This document shows positions 1 through 13,197 of a stretch of 64,000 nt of DNA, one piece after another; within the stretch, counting starts at the first letter, position 1; every line of letters begins with the position of its first letter. The position numbers were made by a program, and so were the translations under genes. Source of the stretch: Antedon mediterranea. Lineage: Eukaryota; Animalia; Echinodermata. The stretch spans positions 7,518,422-7,582,421 of the forward strand of contig NC_092678.1 in NCBI RefSeq assembly GCF_964355755.1, read 5' to 3'. A model generated the notes under the pieces. It was not told where the DNA came from. It ran no database searches and saw nothing but the letters and a program-made list of their open reading frames with translations.

Positions 1-59
1 ATAGGCATTCTACACTATGCTACTTAACATAAAGCATCACGACAAGACAAATTTGAATT

Positions 60-640
60 GTGACTAAGTGCTGTAGATAGGATTGAGTAATAAGCACTGA
101 AATTGAATAAGTTCTGCAGTCAAATAAGTGAAATAGTAAAAGTAAAAAAAGCACTGTTACAGTCTAATAAGTGCTGTAATCAAATAAGTGACACAGTTAA
201 ATAAGTGCTACGGTTAACAAAAGTGCTGCAGTCAATTATGCAACACAGTTATAAGTGCTGCAGTTGAATAAGGGCTGAAGTAAAATAAGTGCTGTAATCA
301 ATTAAGTGACACAGTTAAATAAGTGCTACAGTTAACAAAAGTGCTGCAGTCAATTATGCAACACAGTTAAATAAGTGCTTCAGTTGAATAAGGGCTGAAG
401 TAAAATAAGTGCTACAATCAAATAAGTGACACAGTTAAATAAGTGCTACAGTTAACAAAGGTGCTGCAGTCAATTAAGCAACACAGTTAAATAAGTGCTG
501 CAGTTGGATAATGGCTGAAGTCAAATAATTAAGTGCTACAATCAAATAAGCACTACAGTGAAGTTCCCACGGTCAAATAAATATAGTGGAACCTTAAATT
601 AAGTACCAGAAAACTGAATGCTATAGTCAAATAAGCACTG
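60..640. repeat. Degenerate ~20-bp minisatellite with ~120-bp higher-order period
   Basis: Monomers resemble AATAAGTGCTGCAGTCA/GTTA. The block ACACAGTTAAATAAGTGCTAC recurs at 191, 309 and 429. Confidence 0.85.
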
Positions 641-2052
641 AATACTTTGTAAGAAATGTAGCACATCATTTACAAATACTTTCTATTAATAGCTGTCAAA
701 TTCTTAGTAAAGGGTCACAGAATTGATGTGTTAGAACAGACAGGATTAACTTATAAAATTCACATAATTGAAAAGTTTCATTTGTTGAATTAAATGTTTT
801 AAAACCAGTTTATAAGATAACAGCGACTGATCATCAATTATAGGTTAGAAATTTTCCGAGAAATGTTCTGGGGCTAAATGTGTTTAAAATAAAAAATGGT
901 ATTTTAAATAACTCAGAATTTAGGTTATTTGTGCATATGTAAAATATTATGAATTTTGTTTTTTAATATTTATTTGATAGAATGTTAACACCAGATGAAC
1001 TAAAAAAACACTACCAAAATATGACATAGCAGAGATTGTTTCAGAAGGGGTTCAACAAATTTTAAACTATAGTTTATAGGTGGTTATATAAAAAGAATTA
1101 TCTGTAAAATCAATAGTTTTAACCTGAATATTTAACCTTTCGATAGAAAAAATAGATGCTTACAATTTGTGCTGAATTTATCCAGAACCAAGTGTAGGCA
1201 GCGGGGTTTGTAGGGTTCTACAGAACCTCCCCTTTTCCATAGTGCCCTTGAAGCTAGAGACAAGCAGTGATTTTTTTACCAGCAGACAAATTATTTTCAT
1301 CTACTAGACTACTATCTTTTCATCAGTTGCTTAGGCCTACGCACGCCTGCACTTTCCACTTTTTGAGGAAGTTTAAATGCTTTCAGTTGCACCTGCTAAG
1401 TCATGGCTACAAACAGCAATTAGTATAGAAAACTGGAATGATTACTTAGGCCTAAACAATTTGTGTCTGGTGATTGTTCTGATATGACTGAACTTTTTAA
1501 ACAATAGAAGTTCTGCAACCAGATGTTTGAAACGACATGTTGAATTTTAGGGCACGTGATAATTCGTAACAACCAGAGACATTCTCTAAAATTTGAAACC
1601 ATTATACAATGTTTGGCAAAAAGCCTCAATTATATTAAATGTGTTTTAAAACAAAATCAGAAACTTTTTTGATAATAAGAAAACAATTTGATTGTAGAAT
1701 GTTGCATTGTAAGTGTGTGAGAGTCGGCTATGTAATAATTTTACATATTCTAGAAATCAAAGCGTTATGGCTACACAAATTTGGTTTAGACTCTCTCTAA
1801 AGTCATAATACAATGGCCTACAATACAATTATCTCAAATACGGAAATAGTCGCCTATTTTGTAGGCAGTTCTCAAAACAAAAACCAACATCTTAACATCT
1901 CATCAACAGAAAATGTAATGTGAGTACAGCATCTTGCCTCAATACCGCTTTTACACTGCAAGCAAAAGTTCAGTGTTTATTGGGAATTGTGCACAACTTT
2001 GGTTAGTGCTGCAAAACCGATAAAAGTTACATTTTATTTCTACTAAACTTAC

Positions 2053-2145
2053 CGTATCTGTTACTTCGATTGCTTTACTGCCTATATCGTTAACTCTTCC
2101 ACCAACTAGTTGAATGTAACCTAAAGATTTTCTTGTTTTATGATC
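2053..2145 (-). CDS. PH-domain protein, exon 5 in window (DHKTRKSLGYIQLVGGRVNDIGSKAIEVTDT)
   Basis: AG acceptor at 2147-2146 and GTAAG donor at 2052-2048. The exon is 93 bp, phase 0-0, open, and continues the PH fold of the previous exon. The gene continues left of this exon. Confidence 0.8.
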
Positions 2146-2223
2146 CTATAAAAAGTAATAACATTTATTTTTATGGTAGTGGCATAATTGAAAGAACATA
2201 ACCTCCTGACCACACAGACCTTA

Positions 2224-2527
2224 AGCTGATTTTCCACTAGGCGAATTTATTCGTTTCGAAGAGAAAAAAAATCGCCTACTCTCTTTCAACTACATAAGTG
2301 AATATCTGCGACGTTCATGTTCCTCACATAGTTGCCGAGCATTTCGATTCGCATGAGTGCTCATGAAAACATCATAGCTCATTTCCTGAGCTTTGATTGG
2401 TTGCGCAATATTTCGCTTCGCAAAAAGTACAAACAATTCGAACTACAATTCGTCGAAGAAGGGAGTATGACAGACAGAAACTCGAATACGATTCACGCGA
2501 ACAAATTCGCCTAGTGGAAAATCAGCT
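2224..2527. mobile_element. PIF/Harbinger-type MITE
   Basis: 30-bp TIR AGCTGATTTTCCACTAGGCGAATTT(A/G)TTCG with one mismatch, and a TTA target-site duplication at 2221-2223 and 2528-2530. Confidence 0.85.
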
Positions 2528-2833
2528 TTAGTGCTGCTGGTCTTACTATCAGCAATAATTCCAAGCTTAGCAAAATTTCAATTTCAACATCTCAGCAATA
2601 AGTGTTTATAGCTTAATCTCAACAATCAATAAGATTGGCTTATTAATCTCAATGTAGGCCTGTCTTAGAAACCAATGATGGTTTCACCAAATCTCAATGT
2701 AGGTCTCAGTTTGGCTTAAATCTCACTGGAGCATCTTAACAATCAGTTCAGCTTGCGCCAAACCTAGTAGAAGACAATTCAGCATTAAAAAAAATTAACA
2801 AAGATATAAATACCTCATAAACACAATAAATAC

Positions 2834-3043
2834 CTCATAGTAGAATAAGTTCCCTTCTTTTGCACGAAAGTACCGCTTTTTCCACTTTTTGATAAATGAC
2901 GCCCTCCTCCTTCCCATTGGTAACTTTTCCATGTACCCTTCCATATTGACCACCTCGCTCCGGATCTTGGGCTTTTCTTGGACATGAGGATTGAGAGGTG
3001 TGCGTCTTTGAACATTTGTAAATATATCTTTTAATAAAGGTAC
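2834..3043 (-). CDS. PH-domain protein, exon 4 (start of PH domain)
   Basis: AG at 3045-3044 and GT at 2833-2832. The 210-bp exon translates VPLLKDIF...NMEGYMEKLPMGRRRASFIKKWKKRYFRAKEGNLFYYE, the typical PH beta1-beta3 pattern (EGYxxK...WKKRYF...LFYY). Confidence 0.88.
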
Positions 3044-4370
3044 CTAAATAAGAAAAATTGTAGAATTATAAAATCTACTATAATTTGTTTAGTTTAATAT
3101 CTAGATATATTAGAATAAAAAGAGATGAAAAAAAATATAAAAAATATAATATGTATTATATTTAGTGGCATAGCCAAATATGATGTTACAGGCAACATTC
3201 GTTTTTCTACAAAATGAGCAAAAATCGTCATGCTAGGCTAGTTAGGCTTATTTACTTTCATTTCTGCTATTAGTCTAGTTTTAAAAGGGCACTTCAGATA
3301 TACTGTAAGAAATAGGGGGTTCATTGAACCCTTGAACCAACCCTACCCCGATTACAGGCTAAATGTTCACCAAATTAATTATCTAATTATTAAAAAAGAA
3401 CAGGAATTATAGGTCAACTACATTTCAACTTCTATTATAGTGAAAACAATATCTCTACCACGTGACACTTTCAAATTGCTTCCCTTTGAATAGGATAATA
3501 GTATCAAGTGAAATTTTAAAATTTCTGGTAAAATGTTCAACTCTTAAGATACTGTAAATTCCCCTTTTGATTATAGGTATAATTTAATTTCCTTGTGTTC
3601 TCTTCATGTTTGTCGATACATGTCAATCATCTGTGTTGTGTTCCTTATTGTAGAATGATAGAAAGAATAAAAGGGTAAAAAAATGCTTTTTAATGAGTGT
3701 GAAAAAACGAAAGGACAAACATCATCATTAACATGAGTGGTTGCACTATAAATTAAAGGGGTTGTCATAAAGTACACTACTCAATGGCTGAAAGGTAGAT
3801 TTAATATTTTTTCGTAATGTCTTTAAATGGTATCTCCAACTTTAAAATGTTGTGCTAGAGGACTTTTTGGTAAGATAGGAATCCAGAGTTTCAATGACAA
3901 TGTACAAACGCTAACCGGTAACTGTTTGTAATAAAATATAAATTGATTTCTTCTTTCAATTTATATAATTTTTCCAGAATAAGTCCTCTATAATTTTCAT
4001 AAATGAGGTCTTATTGCTTCTGCTGTGAAAAAGTAACTGATTAATAACCGTGTAAATAAATTATCTGAAATTTCTTGGAGGCAGATATAGGGCAAATTTT
4101 CAATAGCCTGTCAAGTGGCAGCATAAAAATAATGGTTAAAAACCTCCAAATTATTGGGGTTATCGTTCAACATAATTTTAGATAAATTTTTTGAGCGGCT
4201 GCTGTAGCTTGAAGGTTTGACCGCTTGATACATTTTGGGTAACTTTTTTTTTAAATGACCAACCACTAATTTAAATGTTATTTGGGAGGATCTAAAAACT
4301 ATTTTTTCAAAAATAAACGGCTCTGTTTGTAGGCCTAGCTAATATTGGATTTAAAAAGAAAAACATTTTA

Positions 4371-4600
4371 AACTAAAGTGTACTCCGAGAGTACAAACCT
4401 CTGCCTACTGTAAAATTCTCCAACAGTAAAAAAGTTTGTTGTGACCTGAACTTATGACCTTTTCCCCTCAAAATCGAACGCGTCCGAGCTTTTGGGGCAT
4501 AGATCATTGTGGCCCAATTTGGCCAGATTCGGATGAAAACTGTGGCCTCCAGGCTGTACCATGAATTTCTGCCAAGAAGTTGATCAACCGATTGAAAAAA
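4371..4600 (-). mobile_element. Non-autonomous Helitron/Helentron-like repeat fragment
   Basis: Terminal hairpin GTACTC-CGA-GAGTAC beside an end-like motif, followed by TGACC repeats typical of such elements. Boundaries are approximate. Confidence 0.4.
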
Positions 4601-4873
4601 AAAATCTTGTAATTCTTTACAAGTGTGAACATTGAAGTGAAAGTAGAAGGAAACTTTATTATGTGGATGATAAAATAATTCATTATTATGTCATCTATAA
4701 ATAGGTATCATTTCATTTTTAATAAACCACCAATACGTTAATACAGGTCAATAGCTATTGAGGACGAAATAGTGTAATAATAATAAAAGATTTGATAATA
4801 TTATAAAGACACGCATAAATTGGAATTTTATATGTATGTATGTGAATTTAATTTTTTTGTCTTTGTTATTTAA

Positions 4874-5410
4874 TAACACTAGACCTGCAATCTCTTGTAT
4901 TAAATGTGTATTCTAAGGTTAATTATGAAAACTAGAGAAAAGCAATGCACTAAAATAAGTAGCTTGCATCAAAAGTTCTCTCATAGACGTTTCTATAGGC
5001 CTAGCTTAGCTTAGTTTTGTAGGCCTAGCTGGTAAACAGTGGTACATACGAACATTGTCTGCTATAGGCCTAGCCTGATGTTGTCTCGTTGCTGTATTAA
5101 TTGTATTTCCTTTTTTTGAAGAATCCGTTAAATATTTTCGCTGTAAAGTTACGGTTCTTTTATTTGTTTACCGTTTCACATGATCGCTCGAAATGGGTGC
5201 ATCACATTATAGTACAATATGAAAATATCAATCTGTGCGCAATGCATAATGGTATTTATAGTGGGCCACTAAAATTATTAGAATCGACTTATTTTTCACA
5301 TTTTTAACCGTTAAAGACGAAAAAAATATTGCAATAGTCCATATAGTATTTATTTTTACATAAAGTGTAGTGTGTGACCTTAAATTAGGTAAAATGTAGG
5401 TCTAGTGTCT
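4874..5410. mobile_element. Kolobok-like non-autonomous element
   Basis: TTAA on both sides (4870-4873, 5411-5414) and imperfect TIR ACACTAGACCT(G/A)CA. The internal part 4930-5200 has a diverged relative at ~21625-21900. Confidence 0.55.
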
Positions 5411-6447
5411 TTAACCTTATTTATAGAGGGTGGCCCAAAATAGCCAATAGGGCCTTCATATAAACATATAAAACAAGCATTATAAATACAACAAAGCAGG
5501 AAAAAATCACAAAAAAGAATTGAAATCACTATAAATATTATAGGAAATATTGGAGTACAAGTACAGAAATGTCAGCAATTTTGCTTGTTATTATTAATAT
5601 TTATAAAAATATTTCTTTGTAATTGTATATAATTATTAATGATATATACTCAGAGATTTGTACCTTTTTGTCATTTGCTGTAACCTAACGGACTCATTTT
5701 CTTTTCTTCAATCCTTTTAATGTATGATGAAAAATGTTAAACTTCAAATTGTATACAAATTGCAATAAAGATTATTGATTGATCTTATTGTTTTTGCATT
5801 TTTTTAAATCATACCTTTCTATGTATATAAAATCAAAACTAAAGTGTTAAGTAATAACATTATATTAATTGACTTGTTCAATATTATAGGCCTACAGTAT
5901 ATTTTTGTTCAACCTTATAATATTAAATTAAGTTCATCGTTACGTTTCCAACCATGTTTCCTTTTCCCAATTTATGATTAATTGCTAAATGATATGGAAA
6001 ATAACTTTTTGATAAAAATAGCCATTTTATATCAAGGTTAAACAGCGTATGATTCACCGCTTTCCTGCAGACTAAATGCTGTGAGAACCGTACCCGGCTA
6101 AAATGGTTAAGTTCACTACATAATACATTGCTACAGTAAATTAAAAGAGGATTTATATTTCTACTGTTTAAATAATAAATGAAATAAATAGAAAAAATAA
6201 AGAACATTTTAGAAATAATTAATAAGATATAAGTTTAATAGTAGTAGTTGTTATTTTGTTATTATTATATACTTTTTATTTTCTATTTCATTATAATACA
6301 ATAGTACATGTACATAAATAACAATAATTTTCAAAACAATCAGTACAGTAAATATATTGTATTGCATGAAAAATATTAGTGACTATTAATAAAATAATAA
6401 TAAAGTTTAAAAAATGGAAAAAAAAACAAAATGTTTGCGATACTTAC

Positions 6448-7746
6448 AGGATTCCATTTTTTGACGTTATCCTTCTCTTCCAATTTCAGTTTGTCTCCTT
6501 TATTTTTCCCGTCAAACTTAATTGGTCCGTCGTATCTATAAATAGCATCATCTATTGGCTGTTCTTCAATAGATGTGTCGGCCAGCATGATAAGAGATTT
6601 ACGTTCAATCGCTTCGTACTTATTATCAACTAAAACGGATGCATACTCATTATCTAGCCAGGAAGTACTATCTCCACCTGAGCTCTGATCGTTAGTGTGC
6701 GTATCACTTCCCGGCAGGACAACCAACGGCTGCGAATCTAGTAATTCCTCATCGTCAGTTTCATGTCGGACATTCTCATACTCCCCATTAGCTTCCTCTG
6801 TCCCACTTTGAAGTTCAACATCGTTATCAGGTTTTTCATACGTTGATTCGTGATCGGAAGTTGGGAAATCACTACCTTCATCGGCATTCTCATAAGGACT
6901 GTTGTCTTTATCAGAGCACCGGTAGCCACTTGTGTCATTCGAATCTGGATCTTGGTATGGTTGTTCACCATCTGATTGCCGGTCAATATGTGGATCATAT
7001 TTTAATCCCATGCCGTTCAGTTTTGGCAGTTCATATTGGTTATCAGCATTGTTTGGGTCGTCGCCACAAACCTCTGTGTAATCACCAGACAACGTTTGTA
7101 ATTCTTCACTCGTTGGTAAAGACGTACAAACTGAACTTAATGTACTAGTCGGTGTTGGAATATAATTATTGCTCCTGTTTGTGGGAGACTTTGGAAGAGA
7201 AGAAACGTCAGGAAGATCCACATCGGCAGATAAATCTTCCAATTGCAAACCATTAAGTCCATGTTTTATTCCATTCATATCTCGCAATAATGAAGAATCT
7301 TTGCTTTGTTCGGGAACATAATTTGTTCCATTTGTAAATTTTAAAGGTTCATTTCCAATTGTTTCGCTCTCTTTCCGAGCAATGAGATCATTGACGGAGC
7401 ACTTTGGCTCATCTTTCTTTGTCATGGCAACCTGCATGGCTGTAACCTCTGCAGCTAGATTATTCACAAAATCCTCACAAAACTTTAAGTCGGACACGCC
7501 TATCTTTTTAGGCTTTGGTTTCGTTGGAGGACCAACTTTTTTAACAGGGGCAGGCTGTTCTTTTACTGTAGGTGGAACTTTTTCGATGCGTAATGGCGGT
7601 TTTTCTTCTTCTAAAGGTGAAACCTCAGAGTCATCACTGTCTTGATAAGATGTGGTGAAATCATCCGAACTATGCGTGTATTCCTCACTTATTACTGAAC
7701 CAGTGTCAGATAATATACTGTTGTTTTCCCATTCGTCGGCCATAAG
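6448..7746 (-). CDS. PH-domain protein, exon 3: large acidic, low-complexity exon with many Tyr motifs
   Basis: 455-aa ORF trimmed by the acceptor TTTTCAG (7748-7747) and the donor GTAAGT after KKWNP (6447-6446). Phase 0-0 fits the neighbouring exons. Contains a Pro/Lys-rich stretch and YTEV, YELP, YQDP, YENA, YEKP, YENV, YASV and YEAI motifs. Confidence 0.85.
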
Positions 7747-8439
7747 CTGAAAAACGATTGGAAAAAATAGTTACTCCATAATACTATTAAAAAAATGTCC
7801 TCACTTGCTCTAGTACTATTATAGCTGTGGTAAATGGGACTCCATTAATATCAAAATACTTTTTTAAAAATAGTTCTTTACATAACCATTTTATTTCTAA
7901 AGGCTGAAGAACTGAGAGATTAAAGATTGACCTTAATTCTACAAACATGTTGGTACACCAAGAAGGTTAAAAACTTCATAAACACAATTTTAATCCTTAC
8001 GTTAATGAATTAAATTTATAACTTCAAAAAATGTTTGTAAATCACAAAAAATGTTTTCTTCCACCCAAATTTGATGAATGTGTGATTTTTATTATATTTA
8101 TATTGTATTTTTATGTATAATTGAATAAAATAAACCAGTGATTTAGTTCAGATCCATCGAAATCAGAAAATGTCAATGCTAAAGATAGGACAAGTTTAGC
8201 ACTTCATTTTACAATTTTTTTATCTCTCCTATTTAAAACTCCTGGATCTGTCACTGTGTGCACCACTCTATCATGAAGTGAAGAGCTTTTGAAGCAGGAC
8301 GGCAGGATAACTACTAGTAGATTGCAATTAGGCTCCACCTCGATGGTGCATGCGTTTTATGTTGTTCAGTTGACATTAATTCAATAACCTTGAATTTCAA
8401 AGAATGAAAGGGCAATCTTCACATGTCAGTAATCATCAT

Positions 8440-8680
8440 TGTGCGGTGTTCGTCCTACCGCCTTATTTCATAAAATTTATTTAAAGCAAGGAAGTGCACA
8501 CCCCGATCACCGAAAAACTCTTTGAATAGTGTACCAAGTTTAACATGCAATGTATGTACATTGCTTTATGTCCCATCCGAAAGAATTTTGCATAAGGAAA
8601 CAATTATTATGGCACAGACAGACTTGAACCCATGTCTATCACATATGTTAATCCAATCCGTTATCAGTAAACCATAACTC
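8440..8680 (-). mobile_element. Decayed tRNA-derived SINE
   Basis: The minus strand has a tRNA-like head with a B-box-like GGGTTCAAGTC at ~8620-8631, followed by a core-like segment. Degenerate. Confidence 0.4.
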
Positions 8681-8962
8681 TCTGGTATATTACAGCACTC
8701 AAAATTCCCAGAAACATCAAATATTACCAAAAAAAAAACATCACACCAATAATTCCTCTACAAGTCTAAGCCAGAGTCTACATTCCCAATGGGATCCCAT
8801 GAACTTCCGCTACACTGGGATAAAAACACTTCACTTTTCCAGGTACTGAGAAAAATAAAATGCTTTGCAAATGATGACAAACATTATATATAAGGAGTTG
8901 ATTAGCTCATGACTGCAAGATTATTACTCCAGAAGCATGTCCATGTAAAACTGAGCTCTAGC

Positions 8963-9075
8963 CAGTTGCGTAACACAGGGAAATTGGTTCTCAAACGCTG
9001 GGTAGTTGCACTGGGGTTGCTCAAGCTTTTGGCCCTTGAGTTAGCCAGTGAGTGCTTATAGCCGCTATGCCACTG
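8963..9075. mobile_element. Small hAT-like MITE (relative at ~11859-11995)
   Basis: Imperfect TIR CAGTTGCGTAAC/GCTATGCCACTG. The 8-bp flanks GCTCTAGC/GTTCTTGC match at 6/8 positions. The internal TTAGCCAGTGAG motif is shared with the copy near 11950. Confidence 0.5.
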
Positions 9076-10011
9076 GTTCTTGCAAATTGCAACAGTGGGT
9101 TCTGAATTTCAAAGTGACTTGGGCCTCTCACTACTGTAAATGTCAAACTGTCGCTGCATAAAAGTTATTAATAATTTTATGGTGATAAAAAAAAGTTAAA
9201 CCTAAAAAAAGTTAAACCTAAAAAAAAGTTCTTCGAAGGCAAAACCAATTATAAGTATGAGTCAGTTACGCTGTATGATTCACGCCCATTTATAGAACTA
9301 AATACATATAGGCCTATGTGTGTGTTTATTATACAATATACTTTTAACCAAAGTAAGAAATCATCATATTTGCTATGACTATTAAAATATTTTGAATAAT
9401 ATATAAATGTGTCTTCATTTAATAAACTAAATGCAAAGAAAGTGCCTTGTGGACTTTTTGGACATAATTATTCTTAGACAATGAGAAGAAGACACACCAT
9501 CAAACTTGTCACTACAATTCTACATTACAGACAGAAATCACAAAAAAGACCTCATGAGAACACGTACTGCCCATAATTTTAAACAATGACCTTAACAAAC
9601 GAAATAATCTAACTTACTCAACTAAATGTAAAACACACAAAGATCTAGAATTACTAATTGAAATTGCAAGTGACAGAAAACAATGGAGGAACATCATCAT
9701 TGAAATTAGCAGCTGAAGTGGAGATCTCTTTACTTCAATTTAACACCGGTAAATGATTTAGTGGCATTTATCCATCTACAGTAGGAAGTAAACTCCTTTA
9801 TTCAATACTGGTTAACTCCACAAAACTGTTGAGTGTCGCTGATGCCTCTAAAATTTTGAGAAGCATTTCCTTAATATTTGTATCACATTTTAAAGTTTGA
9901 TTTAAAATTCTGTCTTTTCCTTTAAAACTTGACGACTTGGAAAAAGTAGTGTAGTATTGAAAATGAAAGAATGAATAAATCATTTATCATGGCACTGTCT
10001 TTGTATTTCCA

Positions 10012-10339
10012 TTCATTTTCAATATGACACGTCGTACCTGATTCTGATCAGCACGCACAACCCTAGGCATACCCCTTCATTTTCAATATGACACGCCGTA
10101 CTTGATTCTGATCAGCATGCACAACCCTAGGCATACCCCTGCATTTTCAATATGACACGTTGTACTTGATTCTGATCAGCATGCACAACCCTAGGCATAC
10201 CCCTTCATTTTCAATATGACACGCCGTACTTGATTCTGATCAGCATGCACAACCCTAGGCATACCCCTGCATTTTCAATATGACACGTCGTACCTGATTC
10301 TGATCAGCATGCACAACCCTAGGCATACCCCTTCATTTT
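10012..10339. repeat. 64-bp tandem repeat, 5 copies
   Basis: Units start at 10012, 10076, 10140, 10204 and 10268, with a partial unit at 10332. The TTCAT/TGCAT variants alternate. Confidence 0.95.
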
Positions 10340-13197
10340 ACCATTTCATATATATTTCAAACGCTGTCATTACAATGACTCACATTATACTAAAATAATA
10401 CTATACCATAACGTCAATACATACATTTCTGTGGTTCTTCGTGTGAAATATATTATCCTCCATCGTACATATATATTTAGCTCCCAGGCAAAATTACTAC
10501 TTTATACACGCCACTAAATCCATTTGTATTCATCTGCGTGGATGTTTTACACATACCATTCATTTTCAACTGATCCATACAAATGGATACGTTACACTTT
10601 GTTTCAATACAATACAAGGTCAGGTGCGTTATCAGCCAATTGTGTCACCTGATTTGTATCACATGTTTCATGACGATTCAAATTGTTTTATATCATGGTA
10701 TTATGTCAGAATACACATGACAGCTGGAAGCTATAAAAACTCTGAACCTCAAACGTTTTGGTAAAGCGGGTGACAGTAACTAACTTATCAATGGCATATG
10801 GACTAAAATACGCAAGCACAATTTGCATTCACTTTCAGCCAAAACGTTAAGCTTTATAATGTGTTTACATTAACAAATTTACTGGCTCTAAAAGTAACTG
10901 TATGCCATAGATTAGTTAAGCATGTGTAAACTGCATGCTGAAAAGTTACAAAACATTTTTAAAAAGTTGACTACATTTTATTTTGACAGGAAGAGAATAT
11001 CATGAATTGTGAAACTGATTTTAATGGTAAAATTGATAACTGGATTATATGCCCTTCATGCATTTTACAACCAGTTTTACAACCTTTCTATAGCAATTTT
11101 ATCATTATTTTATTTTTTCAACTTGAAATCTCGTTATACAAGCACGTCAAATGTTGATTATGTCATCATTAATTTCATATTAAATATAATTTTATTCATT
11201 TCGACAATCAAACAACCTATGAAACTTTCTTAACATTAACCCATCTTCTTTAAAATGTTCATATATTAAAGTTGAAAGTATCATTTAAAAATTATTTTAA
11301 AGACGTCACCATAGTGAAAAATTATGATTCATTGCGGTATGTAATAATCTATCTGCACCAAAGTGGTTACTGTAACTGTAATCGTGTCTATAGCATTCGA
11401 GGTGCCCAGATCGAGTCTCACCTTGTTAAACGAAACAAAATAAGATTTTTTTTTGTTACATCCATATTATTTGTTTAATTTTATTTCGTAGCGTATAAAT
11501 TATATACACATGATTTATAATAAAATCTACTGTAGAAAAAATAACTTGATGTCTTTATTATTATTATGTAACAAGCGTTGTTTGTGACATATACGTTTCA
11601 TTTGTTGCTTGATGTGCAGTGATACCGGCTATTTTATTAGCATTAGCAAGATCCTATTTTTCAACAAAAGATTCCGACAAAATCAATCAATCAGTATATC
11701 TTTGAAAAAATCATTGCATATAACTTATAATTTGTCATAAGTGACAAATTAAATCTATTTGTCAATTATCAATATCATTGATCAATTATCATTGATAGAT
11801 AAAATAACTGCTCTATTCTATTGTAGGCAAAAACAATTATGGTGGCAATGCCTGGACACAGTGGCCCCGGATTTAACAATTTGCTGGGAGTTGCACTGGA
11901 TGGTGGTTTTTCATGTTTTGGGGCCACTTAAGCTCTGGTGCCCCTGGGTTTAGCCAGTGAGCGCTCATGGCCATTACATCACAACATGGCCACTATGTTG
12001 ATTGTTTTTCAAGGTAAAATTCGCTAATATTAGATACAGATAGTTTCAGTAGGTGCAAAAGTGCTGTAATGCCTTTTATCATCATCTAAATCAAATAAAA
12101 TTTGTACTGCCATGAGCCCTAAAAAACATTTTAATTTCATCTCATCTTACCTTTTGAAACTACAGTATTTCAAGATAAACAATTTCAACTATATCAAATA
12201 TAGCTACACAGTGTGTTATATCAACACACATTACAAAGCCCCAGTAAGCCTACCTTTAATAAACCAATGATTCATTACAACAATATCTGCTCAACCATTC
12301 AAGCTACTGTTAGTGTGTCCAACTCAGTGTCAAATGAACAAGGAAGAGGGAAGGGAATTTTTTAATAACATTCCAAAGCTAATGGGACATTTGATCAAGA
12401 TTCTTACTGTAGGATGTTATCAATCTCTTCCTGGTTGTTGAGTACTTATTAACTTCTAGTTGCTAGGTTACATTTGCTAGGTTACATGACTCCCAGAGGA
12501 ACTGTGTAATGTTTCATTAATAACATTTAGGTCAAAGTTCACACTCTAATAGTAAATGATATTCCATATTAATCCTCTTTGAGTTGGTATGCCACCTTTA
12601 CCAACATAACTCTTTGATCTAAATAAATCGCTAAAATCCCGATTTTGTATTTTTTAGTAATTATAGTAGTTAACATTTAAAAAAATTAAAAGTAACATGT
12701 TTCAAAATATTAAAAAGTAAAAAATATCAGAAAGAAAAAAAAAGAAAAAATGAATAAGCCAGAGGGTTTAAAATGCACTATAATGACAATGTTAATGTAC
12801 CCATCCTTTCTTTTTTAAAGGTAACTTTTTGAATGCAACTGCGGTAAACATTTATGCTAAAAGAGTCAGGCACAAAGTGTGTTAGACACTTGATGTTTAC
12901 AATTTTTTGGTAAAGATATTGAGAATTTCCAGGTCCGATCACAGGAGGTGAGGAGTTATCCAATTGGGGTCCAATTAAAAAAAAACATGGTAAATTCCAT
13001 TATTTTAAAATATTTTCATACATGCAAATTTGCATCTTTGGTGAGAAAAAAAGGAGGTTGTGCAAACAGCAGGTATTAAACATTTCTAGGAGCATTTTTT
13101 TCCTTTTCTTCAACATTCAAAAAAGTAAACAAGCCAACAGGCCATTCCTATGATTAGAACTATAGAAGACTAAAAATTATGTCATATGACACACATG

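Noticed and set aside
6376-6447. Hydrophobic C-terminus (VSIANILFFFPFF...) of the 455-aa ORF as a TM anchor
   Set aside because: It lies beyond a GTAAGT donor that splices in frame to the PH exons, so it is intron read-through.
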